Positions 7,701-16,118 of a stretch of DNA of 34,654 nucleotides are shown here, one piece after another. This DNA is from a virus (Duplodnaviria > Caudoviricetes), in the IMG/VR virus record IMGVR_UViG_3300005043_000148, positions 1-34,654 of that record. One strand, 5' to 3'. Both the position numbers and the translations under genes were made by a program. How positions within the stretch are numbered: position 1 is the stretch's first letter; the number at the start of each line of letters is the position of its first letter. The notes under the pieces were generated by a model. That model was not told where the DNA came from. It made no database searches and was given only the letters and a program-made list of their open reading frames with translations.

Positions 7701-7739
7701 CGTTATTGTTATTAGAACGCTAACGAAAATGATAAATGA

Positions 7740-7768
7740 ATTATATGCAATTATGCATATAATGTCAA
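7740..7768 (-). promoter_or_regulatory. Leftward early promoter with operator
   Basis: Perfect TTGACA-N17-TATAAT on the minus strand. Palindrome TTATATGCA-ATTA-TGCATATAA (7741-7762) overlaps the -10 and spacer. Further half-sites at 7773-7793. Confidence 0.85.
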
Positions 7769-7802
7769 GTGTTTATGCATAAAATATGCAAAAAGGGTTA
7801 TT

Positions 7803-8204
7803 TTGAATACGATAGGGTATAGATTTTCAATTGCTTTAGATGCCGTTTATGGGGCTAGCAGTACAAAAAAGTGTGTTTCAGATTTAGGAGTAAGCCAAAG
7901 TACTATAGATAGAGGAAAGCGTGGTGATAGTCTTACAAAAACAATTTCATTATTTGCTGCTAAAAATAATATATCAACTTCTTGGATACTTACTGGTTCA
8001 GGGGAAATGATGACCGATGAGCGGTCAATTAACCAAGTAATCACTGGTAATAGCAATAATCAAGCAGGAAGAAATGTTCACTCCGGTGCTAATGCTTCTT
8101 CTGATCCTATTGTCGCGGCAATAGAATCTTTACTGGGTGAGCTTGACGCTAATGAAAAGCTTCAAGTCCTCAGTTATATAACAAGTTTAAAAGTAAAAAA
8201 TTAG
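7803..8204 (+). CDS. CI-like phage repressor (HTH, N/Q/G motif, helical C-terminus; no S24 peptidase)
   Basis: LGVSQSTIDR HTH and ISTSWILTGSGEM signature; TTG start; adjacent to the operators. Confidence 0.8.
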   Translation: MNTIGYRFSIALDAVYGASSTKKCVSDLGVSQSTIDRGKRGDSLTKTISLFAAKNNISTSWILTGSGEMMTDERSINQVITGNSNNQAGRNVHSGANASSDPIVAAIESLLGELDANEKLQVLSYITSLKVKN

Positions 8205-8210
8205 AAAAAT

Positions 8211-8762
8211 ATGAAATATATCAATGGACATCAAAACAATCAAGCAGGTAGGGATCTAACTATACACAGTAGTTTGGTTCATAATGTAAAGGTTTCCCCC
8301 AAGGACATAGAGTTAAAGGCCATTGTTAACCATGACTGGATAGTTCTTTCTGTTTATGTTGCTTCACTTGCCTTGATGTGGGGATTTCTCTATGTAACTA
8401 TTGTTTCAACAACAGTTTTGATACTAACAAGCATCGTTACTGGAGTAGGGATTGTTTTTTTAATTGAAGGTACTCAAAAGTTTATGTTGAAGTTTTCACC
8501 TTGGCATATAAAGTACATTGATGGAAAAATAATCTTAGATGGAAGAGAACGAAAGTTTTATGAAGAAATCTGGAGCGTAAGTTATAGGAAGAACTGGATA
8601 GGCAATGGGATTATCTCTTTTTATGGAGTAAATCCTAATAACAACAAGCCTTATCAACGAAAGATAAAGTTCTTATATAACGCAGAAGCGAAGTATGTGC
8701 ATGACTGTTTTATGGATGAAGATAGGATACGTAAGTATAAGGAAGGTTTGAGGTATAAGTGA
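8211..8762 (+). CDS. 2-TM membrane protein with N-terminal NNQAGRD motif and a C-terminal PH-like beta domain
   Basis: TM segments at about aa 44-64 and 68-85; 6 nt from the repressor stop; motif shared with the repressor. Confidence 0.75.
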   Translation: MKYINGHQNNQAGRDLTIHSSLVHNVKVSPKDIELKAIVNHDWIVLSVYVASLALMWGFLYVTIVSTTVLILTSIVTGVGIVFLIEGTQKFMLKFSPWHIKYIDGKIILDGRERKFYEEIWSVSYRKNWIGNGIISFYGVNPNNNKPYQRKIKFLYNAEAKYVHDCFMDEDRIRKYKEGLRYK

Positions 8763-8801
8763 AAAAAGAAACAATGAAATATCTGAAAGAAGATAAGTAA
8801 A

Positions 8802-9536
8802 TTGGCAATTATTAAAACTGAATACGAGACACTCTCGACTAAAGAGAAAACAAAACAAACCCGTGAAAGTCCTGTAATAGTATGGATATTAACAATAATG
8901 TGGCTATTTGTCTGGACTATGTTTCCATTCATTATCTATATTATTAATGGGGCTTCTTTTTCTTTTAAGGACATAGACTTTAATGAAGTTGGAGATTATT
9001 TAGCAGGTGTCGCTGCTCCCGTGGCATTCTTTTGGCTTGTGTATGGTTATTATCAGCAAGGTAAGGAACTCAAGCTAAATAACAAAACCTTAAGCCTACA
9101 GTACGAGGAATTAAGACATTCAGTAAGTGCTCAGCAGGATCAGGCAGCCAGTATGAAAGAGCAGTTAAGTATTGTTGTAAGAGAGAAGTTCTATCCAAAA
9201 TTTAAGATTAAGAAGTTTAATTATCTAAAAGATGAAGCATACATAGGTATTGTAATAGAAAATGTGTCCAATGAAGTTTATTCGACTAATATAGAAGTTC
9301 TTTCTGATGGAATGATCCTTGCTAATACAATAGACAGTAATGTAAAGTATATCGATTTCGAGATTCAAACTATTGATGATATACAAAAGCAATTTAAAAT
9401 ACTTCTGAAAATAGATTTTATCTTAGAAATTGGGCATAGTGTTGAAGAATTTTATGAGATTAATTACAGCACTTTAAAACATAATGTGTTTAATGAACCA
9501 ATTTTAGAAAAATCTAAGCAGGAGGTAATCGGGTGA
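8802..9536 (+). CDS. 2-TM plus coiled-coil membrane cargo protein (possible exclusion/Abi-type)
   Basis: NEVGDYLAGVAAPVAFFWLVYGYYQQGKEL..LQYEEL, a recurrent prophage-cargo N-terminal pattern. Function is an inference. Confidence 0.6.
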   Translation: MAIIKTEYETLSTKEKTKQTRESPVIVWILTIMWLFVWTMFPFIIYIINGASFSFKDIDFNEVGDYLAGVAAPVAFFWLVYGYYQQGKELKLNNKTLSLQYEELRHSVSAQQDQAASMKEQLSIVVREKFYPKFKIKKFNYLKDEAYIGIVIENVSNEVYSTNIEVLSDGMILANTIDSNVKYIDFEIQTIDDIQKQFKILLKIDFILEIGHSVEEFYEINYSTLKHNVFNEPILEKSKQEVIG

Positions 9537-9970
9537 AATTATATTGTGATACACAGTTCAAGGCTGCCGGTAAAACATTAAAAAAACATCTAGTTGTTGT
9601 TGAAAGAGGTATTCCTAGAATCATCTACTATAAAATGTATTTTGAGCAAAAAAAACCTACCTATAAACAAGTTTCATTTAATGAGGAAATCATAAAAGGA
9701 CTCATAGATATGCAAAAAGATAGAAAAATATCGGAAGTAGACTTCAAAGATATTGTGGTTAATATTAAGCATACGTATGAAGAATTAAAGAGTACAAATG
9801 AAGAAGGAGATACTTTACAGGCTTTGACAAGTATCTATAATGAGATGGGAGAAGAAGTGCATTTAGGAAATGGTGTTTTACTTGAGGATGAAAGCTTTGC
9901 TTTTTTTTATGACTTTTCTGATATTATTGCAGGAAAGACCAGTGCTATATTTCCAAAGGGGTTAGTATGA
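9533..9970 (+). CDS. Hypothetical protein, immunity-region cargo
   Basis: GTGA overlap, GGAGG RBS. Confidence 0.7.
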   Translation: MKLYCDTQFKAAGKTLKKHLVVVERGIPRIIYYKMYFEQKKPTYKQVSFNEEIIKGLIDMQKDRKISEVDFKDIVVNIKHTYEELKSTNEEGDTLQALTSIYNEMGEEVHLGNGVLLEDESFAFFYDFSDIIAGKTSAIFPKGLV

Positions 9971-10326
9971 GTGTATTTTCAGATATAAACGATTTACATG
10001 ATTCTGACTCTGTGGCATTTAATGTTCTTATCCAGAAAGCTATGAATAAAATTGTCAAGTTTGATGACAATACCTTTTCTAATACAAGTTTTGAGCCTAA
10101 AGAACTAGAAAGTTCTGAATTTAAAATATATTTTGGTGAACGATCAATTCGAGAAGCTATGGGTAATGGAACAAGTAGAACACATGTTGAGGCGGCTCTT
10201 TATTACGTAATCAATAAAAGTAATGGACATATCATTACAGATAAAAATATCTTAGAGGGATGTAGTAGTTCAATGCAGTCTCATCTTGATGGAAAATATG
10301 ATCTCAAAAACAATAGGTGGGTGTAA
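9967..10326 (+). CDS. Hypothetical protein, immunity-region cargo
   Basis: ATGA overlap with the previous gene. Confidence 0.7.
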   Translation: MSVFSDINDLHDSDSVAFNVLIQKAMNKIVKFDDNTFSNTSFEPKELESSEFKIYFGERSIREAMGNGTSRTHVEAALYYVINKSNGHIITDKNILEGCSSSMQSHLDGKYDLKNNRWV

Positions 10327-10443
10327 GAGTACTGGTTAAAAGCTAATGCTCTAGATATGTTAGTTAATACCGTGCACTTCACTTTTCTTAGATATATAAT
10401 CATGATAAATAAAAATAAAAGTACTGGCCAGTACTCCATAATA

Positions 10444-10935
10444 TTAGTCTTCTACTAAGGCATAGGCCTTAGACTCTACCAGTATCTCATAGTTTATGAA
10501 GGGTGCTTCTTTTATCTCTACACTTAAAAGTCTAGGCTTTATCTTATCGTCTAGTTCTTTATATACCAATTCATCGGCTATCTCTGCTGCTACATAACCA
10601 AGTCTTCTTTTTCCTGTGGAGGACTTTCCATAGATGGCTATAGCATTGTCATCATGTTTGTTGTTTGGTTCTCTTTTAAATGACAGCTCTAGGTTCTCAC
10701 CTGTTGCCCATTTGACACAGGCATCCATTCTATAGGTTACACCTTGGATGAAAAAATCATCATCTTCATAAACTTCATACCCTTCTGGAATATCTATAAC
10801 TTTAAAAGCATCTTGTTTTTTAGTAAAAGCTTTATCGTTAGGTTGACTAGGCTTGTCTTCTTGTAAATACCCTTTGACTACATAATACAGTACCCAAAGT
10901 AAAAATCCATAAAATGGATAGGCATAAATACTCAT
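10444..10935 (-). CDS. Membrane-anchored HIRAN domain protein
   Basis: N-terminal TM; IQGVTYR..LSFKREPNNKHDDNAIAIY..LGYV HIRAN signature. Confidence 0.85.
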   Translation of the reverse strand: MSIYAYPFYGFLLWVLYYVVKGYLQEDKPSQPNDKAFTKKQDAFKVIDIPEGYEVYEDDDFFIQGVTYRMDACVKWATGENLELSFKREPNNKHDDNAIAIYGKSSTGKRRLGYVAAEIADELVYKELDDKIKPRLLSVEIKEAPFINYEILVESKAYALVED

Positions 10936-11276
10936 TACTTAGCTTGCAAATCTCTAGTGTTAACCCCGTTAGATGGTCCATTATCGTTGTAAGTAAAATT
11001 TACTACAATATCATTCTTTACCGTATAAACATATTGTCTTACGCCTTCACCAGTACCTAATCTGTAAGATAAGTATTCTTCATCTCCTATAACTTTAGAG
11101 TCTTCAGGAAGTCCTAATACTTCTATTAATTGTTTTCTTGTCACCTTATTAATAGGAAAGTTCTTAGCGTAAGAAGTTGGTGCTGTCCATATTGATGGCT
11201 TCTTGATCCCGTACTTACTAGCTCCGCTACATCCTATAAAAACAACTGCAAGAGCAGCAAACAATATTTTTTTCAT
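10935..11276 (-). CDS. Lipoprotein, SmpA/BamE-like fold
   Basis: Signal peptide MKKILFAALAVVFIG-C; VTRKQLIEVLGLP motif. Confidence 0.75.
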   Translation of the reverse strand: MKKILFAALAVVFIGCSGASKYGIKKPSIWTAPTSYAKNFPINKVTRKQLIEVLGLPEDSKVIGDEEYLSYRLGTGEGVRQYVYTVKNDIVVNFTYNDNGPSNGVNTRDLQAK

Positions 11277-11301
11277 TTATTCATCCTTTAAATTTTAATT
11301 A

Positions 11302-11345
11302 AATATGCAAAATAGCTTGACTTATATGCAGTTTTGCATTAATAT
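11302..11345 (+). promoter_or_regulatory. Rightward early promoter with second operator
   Basis: TTGACT(11317)-N17-TAATAT; operator TTATATGCA-GTTT-TGCATTAA (11322-11342) matches the 7741 operator; half-site AATATGCA at 11302. Confidence 0.8.
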
Positions 11346-11429
11346 ATCGCTATCCAACCTCAAAACATGAGTAGCAGTTGGAACCTTTATGGTGCTGCTC
11401 TTCATGTTTTGATCCAAAAAGGAGCCTTT

Positions 11430-11936
11430 ATGGCACTTGCTAAAGACCCATTTTTCTACAAAATCACTCATCAGGCTATCGAAGCCTTTGGTGAGAGACA
11501 TAATATCACTGCACGACAATACTTTGCCCAACTACTAGGCTACAAAGGCCCTAACTCTAACATCCAAATTGGCACGATGCTCAATTATAACACATACAAT
11601 CCCCTTACTCCTAGGCCTATGTCTGTTGATCAACTGTTAGTGGTGATGGATGAGTGTGAAGATGACAGACAAATTATCATAGATGCAATTTGTAAGCGTT
11701 TTGGTGGTCAGTTTGTCAAAGATAAAACTGTTACTAAGGCAGCGGATAAGTGCATCAAGGATGACTTAATGAAACTTTCTTTTATGACAGGTAACTTGTC
11801 TAACCTGTTTTTACAATATATGAAAGATGGTGTTCTTGATGTAGAAGAAGGGCAGGACCTTGAATCTAAAGGCCATGAAATACGCCAAGAGATGAAGAAC
11901 ATAGAGAACTACTTTAAATCTATTAAGCAAGACTAG
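11430..11936 (+). CDS. Phage 186-type CII (CP76 family)-like regulator
   Basis: MSVDQLLVVM..IIIDAICKRFGGQFV..DGVLDVEE pattern; AAGGAG RBS favours the 11430 start. Confidence 0.7.
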   Translation: MALAKDPFFYKITHQAIEAFGERHNITARQYFAQLLGYKGPNSNIQIGTMLNYNTYNPLTPRPMSVDQLLVVMDECEDDRQIIIDAICKRFGGQFVKDKTVTKAADKCIKDDLMKLSFMTGNLSNLFLQYMKDGVLDVEEGQDLESKGHEIRQEMKNIENYFKSIKQD

Positions 11937-11945
11937 GAGTAGGGT

Positions 11946-12221
11946 ATGCCAAAAATCTTTCAAGATGGTTCTCAAGTTGACATACTGAACAAGCATTTTA
12001 AACAAGGTCAGTCATTAACCCATGATGAAGCTATCTTGATAAAGATTAACAGACTAGCGCAGCGTATGCAAGACCTTAAGAAAAAGTATGAAGAGTATGC
12101 TGAGTTTAATCCTATTCGTGTGGTTGATGAGCCTAATGGTAGAGGTGGTGTTCATGCTCGGTATTTTTTTGCTGGGTCTGGATGTTCACTTGAAAAAAGT
12201 GAGAGTGTTAGAGTTTATTAG
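11946..12221 (+). CDS. Winged HTH phage protein
   Basis: ILNKHFKQGQSLTHDEA..INRLAQRMQDLK..HARYF. Confidence 0.65.
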   Translation: MPKIFQDGSQVDILNKHFKQGQSLTHDEAILIKINRLAQRMQDLKKKYEEYAEFNPIRVVDEPNGRGGVHARYFFAGSGCSLEKSESVRVY

Positions 12222-12288
12222 ATGAGTATTTTTCAAGAAAGAATCATACCTTCATGTGATTTGAAGAATATGATTTTAAATATTAATT

Positions 12289-12426
12289 CTATGCTTCTTC
12301 GATTTTTTTCAAAATTAAGATGTACATATCAGCTATTTCTTTTGCTCTTTCGGCTGTCTCAAAAGAATGTATTTTGTCTGATGAAATAGTCTTTGTTAGC
12401 TCTAACGCAATTTCTGGATTAGTCAT
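12289..12426 (-). CDS. Small antisense-orientation protein (45 aa)
   Basis: MTNPEIALELTK...; AAGGA RBS before ATG 12426. Confidence 0.55.
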   Translation of the reverse strand: MTNPEIALELTKTISSDKIHSFETAERAKEIADMYILILKKIEEA

Positions 12427-12632
12427 TGTTCTGTATCCTTTGGGGTATAGATAGTGGGTAACGATGGTGTCCGCCAAGACTAAGCCATCGATACTTTTCG
12501 CGCGTTGCACTAAGTACAAGCTTCATATTGTACCACAGTGCTTACAACTGTTATTGAAAAGGGTAGGATGCGTTGTTGGTCCTGGGCTTCCTTCCCCTTC
12601 CTTTTTCAATGATACCAAGACCAAGGTACACA

Positions 12633-13946
12633 ATGACTACAAATTACGATGTAAATATAGAACGTTCAATCCTTAACTCTTTGATATTTGAACCTGAGAC
12701 TCTTAAAAATGTAAAATCTTATCTCAGTTCTGAAGACTTTTATATACCTAACCACCAAAATATTTACCAAGCTATATTAACGCTTGACGAAAAAGAAATG
12801 CCTATAGATGAAAGCTTTATATTAAAGACTTTAGGTAAGGACTTTGATAATAATGCACTTATAGACGTTATGTTAGGCAATCCTATCTATAACCTTCAGG
12901 CATATATAGATGAGCTTAAGGAAAAGAGACAGAGACGTGATCTAATTCACTTGGCCTCCGGTGTTGCTAGAAATGTTGATGAGGCCCAAAATATTGGTTC
13001 TGTATTAAGTGATCTTAATAAAAGCCTTAGCAGCATAGAAGAGATAGGTTTAATTAGTGGTTATGCTAGTAAATGTATTGTGGATGCTGATGAGAAGCCG
13101 ACTGAGTTTATACTTGAGAATTGGCTTCCTATGCCTCGTGGAACTGTGAGTATGTTCTCAGCAGCAGGTGGAACGGGTAAGACTTGGGGTGCTATTCAAG
13201 CAGCTCTTAGACATGCTGAGAGTTGTCCTGATAAGAAGGTAGCTCTTTGGTTAAGTGAAGACCCTGAAGCGGAGAGTAAGAATCGTGCAATTGCTGTTAG
13301 CAAATACATTTTAGATACAACTTTTTCAAAATTTAGAAATGTAGATATATTTACTGATGTTCCTGAACCATTGATTATTGATGGCAAGATAGACATGTAC
13401 GAGTTTAGAAAGCTGAGATCATCGCTTAAAGGGTATGACTTCATTATTCTTGACCCTTTGACATCTTTTTATGGTGGTGAGGAAAATAATAATTCTCAAG
13501 CTGTTGCTTTTATGAGACCATTTAAGAAGTGGGCGATAGAAGAAGATATTTGTATATTGTTTCTTCATCATGCAACTAAGCCTGGTAGTGATGGGCAAAG
13601 TAGTACCCGTGGAGCCAGTGCCTTTGTAGATGCTACTCGATGTGTGTACATGATGGGTAAGGTTTACGTGGATACTACTCGTAAGGTTTTAGATATGGAT
13701 AAGCTGCATATGAGAGACTTTCATCTTGTTAAGGATAACTATGGAGTTATTCGGATTCTCAAGGATCATAACGTACTTAGAAATATTACTCCTGTTACAA
13801 GTGCGCGTGAGGTTGAAGTAGTTGAAGAACACATATACGGTGGTAAGCCTATGCCTTTTGGGGGTTCTCAGGTTAATGATACCCGTGAAGTGAAGGAAGA
13901 TGTTGTAGAGCTACCTTCTAACCTAGAAGGTGGTGGTTTTCTATGA
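12633..13946 (+). CDS. Replicative helicase: DnaB N-terminal domain plus RepA/AAA_25-like ATPase
   Basis: IERSILNSL..LSSEDFYIPNHQNIY; Walker A AAGGTGKT; Walker B FIILDP; LHHATK; RGASAFVD. Confidence 0.85.
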   Translation: MTTNYDVNIERSILNSLIFEPETLKNVKSYLSSEDFYIPNHQNIYQAILTLDEKEMPIDESFILKTLGKDFDNNALIDVMLGNPIYNLQAYIDELKEKRQRRDLIHLASGVARNVDEAQNIGSVLSDLNKSLSSIEEIGLISGYASKCIVDADEKPTEFILENWLPMPRGTVSMFSAAGGTGKTWGAIQAALRHAESCPDKKVALWLSEDPEAESKNRAIAVSKYILDTTFSKFRNVDIFTDVPEPLIIDGKIDMYEFRKLRSSLKGYDFIILDPLTSFYGGEENNNSQAVAFMRPFKKWAIEEDICILFLHHATKPGSDGQSSTRGASAFVDATRCVYMMGKVYVDTTRKVLDMDKLHMRDFHLVKDNYGVIRILKDHNVLRNITPVTSAREVEVVEEHIYGGKPMPFGGSQVNDTREVKEDVVELPSNLEGGGFL

Positions 13947-14773
13947 GAATGAACTATATAAGCCTTCCTACTGATTATGTGATTGAGCTGCAAGTTCAAG
14001 GTAAGAGAGAGAAGGGTAGAGCCTTCATGGAGTACTTCTTGGATATGGAAGTAGAAGCTGTAAATAGCTTGAGCTTCTATGGTGTGAGTTGGGGTGCTAA
14101 GGACAAGCCAATGAATAAAGGTTCTGTAAGTAGATGGGTAGCTGAATTTAAGTATGAGATAGCCAAGTATTTTAATTTATGGGAGCTTAAAAATGCTCAA
14201 CATTATAGCTATGTAAAAAACGCGGTGCAACCCCAATGCAACCCTAAAGAAACAAAACACCCCCTTGAAACTACCAAGACTATGGGCTTTGAAGAATTGT
14301 GTGCAACCTCTATGCAACCCCAAAGCAACCAAGCTCTTAATAACTATCATCATCATAACGCAGGCTTTATATCTGATAAGAATTTTAATGATTTATATTT
14401 TGTTTATTCTCATAATACTAAGTTCACTGGCAAGAAAGAAGAAGCTTACAATGCGTTCGTACATGTGAAGGTTGATAACTCTCTTTTGAAGTTAGCAGCT
14501 ATGAAGTACTTACATGATCCAGAAGTTAAGAAACCTTTTGGATTGAAGAAGTTTCTTGAGAACCAATCATACTTAGCTTATATGCCTAAGTATGTGAGAG
14601 TTAATAATGTTAAGGATAATCAATGGTACGAAGGAATATATGACAGCACTACATTTGAACTAAAGGCTTACGACGGCAAACCGCTTGGGACCATTAAACC
14701 AGACTTACTTGTGAAACTCTATGAAGATAAATGCTTAGAGTTTCTTAGTGGTCCAACGCAAGACGTGTCTTAG
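13943..14773 (+). CDS. Putative replication initiator containing the origin
   Basis: Coupled to the helicase; contains iteron-like repeats. Confidence 0.6.
   Translation: MRMNYISLPTDYVIELQVQGKREKGRAFMEYFLDMEVEAVNSLSFYGVSWGAKDKPMNKGSVSRWVAEFKYEIAKYFNLWELKNAQHYSYVKNAVQPQCNPKETKHPLETTKTMGFEELCATSMQPQSNQALNNYHHHNAGFISDKNFNDLYFVYSHNTKFTGKKEEAYNAFVHVKVDNSLLKLAAMKYLHDPEVKKPFGLKKFLENQSYLAYMPKYVRVNNVKDNQWYEGIYDSTTFELKAYDGKPLGTIKPDLLVKLYEDKCLEFLSGPTQDVS
14226..14334. repeat. 11-bp iteron-like repeats (TGCAACCCCAA consensus), putative ori
   Basis: Copies at 14226, 14237, 14302, 14313 and 14324, followed by an AT-rich tract. Confidence 0.7.
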
Positions 14774-14778
14774 GAGAT

Positions 14779-15024
14779 ATGATGGTGGAGATGGCAGATA
14801 TTATAGAAAGAATCAAAGATGTTATTAGTAAAGAGCATGAAGGCCGTAAGGTGTTCGATAAGAATGTAGCGCACACACTTGGCTTCTCTCCTGATAATCT
14901 AGGTACAAAGAAGTCTCGGAACTTAATCCCTTATGATGAGCTCACTATGTTTTGTTGGCAGCATAAGGTTAGCTTTGACTGGTTGTTCTTTGGCCTTGGT
15001 AAGATGGAGATGAACTATGCCTAA
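14779..15024 (+). CDS. Stand-alone CI-type HTH protein
   Basis: IIERIK..DKNVAHTLGFS..RNLIPY..VSFDWLFFG. Confidence 0.75.
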   Translation: MMVEMADIIERIKDVISKEHEGRKVFDKNVAHTLGFSPDNLGTKKSRNLIPYDELTMFCWQHKVSFDWLFFGLGKMEMNYA

Positions 15025-15385
15025 GAAGATATGCAATCAGCTTGGGTGTAATGTACTCATCGGGATGACAGTTACTCATTGTCCTGAGCACGAGAAGTTT
15101 AAGAACCAAGACCGCAATAGAGACTACAACAAGTACAAGCGCAACCAAGAGCATCAAACCTTTCATAATTCAAAAGACTGGAAGGTTGCTAGAGCTGAGG
15201 CACTGACAAGAACAGGTGGACTTTGTGAAGACTGCTTACAAATGGAGATGATTGTTAATGCTGATGTTGTAGATCATATGATCTCAATTAAAAAAGATTA
15301 TTCTAAACGTCTTGAACAATCAAACCTAAGACCACTCTGCCATGCACATCATAATAGAAAGACAGGAAGTGAAGACAATGAGTAA
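15017..15385 (+). CDS. Packaging-associated HNH endonuclease (HK97 gp74-like)
   Basis: CEDC..VVDH..NLRPLCHAHHNRKT, upstream of terS. Confidence 0.9.
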   Translation: MPKKICNQLGCNVLIGMTVTHCPEHEKFKNQDRNRDYNKYKRNQEHQTFHNSKDWKVARAEALTRTGGLCEDCLQMEMIVNADVVDHMISIKKDYSKRLEQSNLRPLCHAHHNRKTGSEDNE

Positions 15386-15480
15386 GGGAGGGGGGCTTCT
15401 AATATCAGGAAACTTTAAGTCTCGTTTATCGACCTCCTGTTATCTTCTTACAAAAACCGTTTTTCGAAATGGTGGAAACT
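15385..15480. other. Probable cos region
   Basis: G-run followed by AAAAACCGTTTTT between HNH and terS, the usual position in HK97-like cos phages; positional inference. Confidence 0.4.
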
Positions 15481-15540
15481 AATGACGTATTTTTTAAGGT
15501 TAGAAAACCAAACCTTGAACCTTAAGCGAAATGATTAATT

Positions 15541-16089
15541 ATGGGCAAGAAGATTGATTGGATATTTATCAAGTCTGAGTATGAAGAGACACCTAAATCG
15601 GTTCGTCTTATTGCCAGCGAGAACGGGATTTCACATACCTATATTAATAAGAAATCCAAGGCTGAAAATTGGAAAAAGTTTGAGTCAGATTCAACTATTG
15701 ACACAGCTGCTATTTACAAAAAATATAAGATTGGCAAGGTTGCCATTAGAAAGGTCCAGGAAGTAGTGGAAATGCTTGGCAACAATTATTCTCCATTATT
15801 CGAACCTACTATTTTAATGTTCGCAAATAATTATGAACTCTACTTAGATATGAAAACTCAGCTTGATAAGGTCGGCGTACTTCGCACCACTTCAAAAGGT
15901 ACGAGAATTATGTCTGAAGAGTACAAGGCCTTAGCTTACATAGAAAAGCGTTTGTCTGAGCTTGGTATAGAACTTGGCTTCACTACTGCGGCCGCAAAGA
16001 AGCTAGGTCTTGTTAAGTCTGAGGATAAAACACAGTCCACTGTATTTGATTTGAACGATAAGGTGGTCAAGTGTGCTATTGATGTTTGA
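15541..16089 (+). CDS. terS: Terminase small subunit
   Basis: N-terminal HTH plus P27-type ELGFTTAAAKKL; precedes terL. Confidence 0.8.
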   Translation: MGKKIDWIFIKSEYEETPKSVRLIASENGISHTYINKKSKAENWKKFESDSTIDTAAIYKKYKIGKVAIRKVQEVVEMLGNNYSPLFEPTILMFANNYELYLDMKTQLDKVGVLRTTSKGTRIMSEEYKALAYIEKRLSELGIELGFTTAAAKKLGLVKSEDKTQSTVFDLNDKVVKCAIDV

Positions 16090-16118
16090 TAAAACTATGA
16101 AAGCTAACGTATACCTGT

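Noticed and set aside
14226-14334. Repeats as a CRISPR array
   Set aside because: 11-bp tandem units with no spacers and no cas genes; better explained as iterons.
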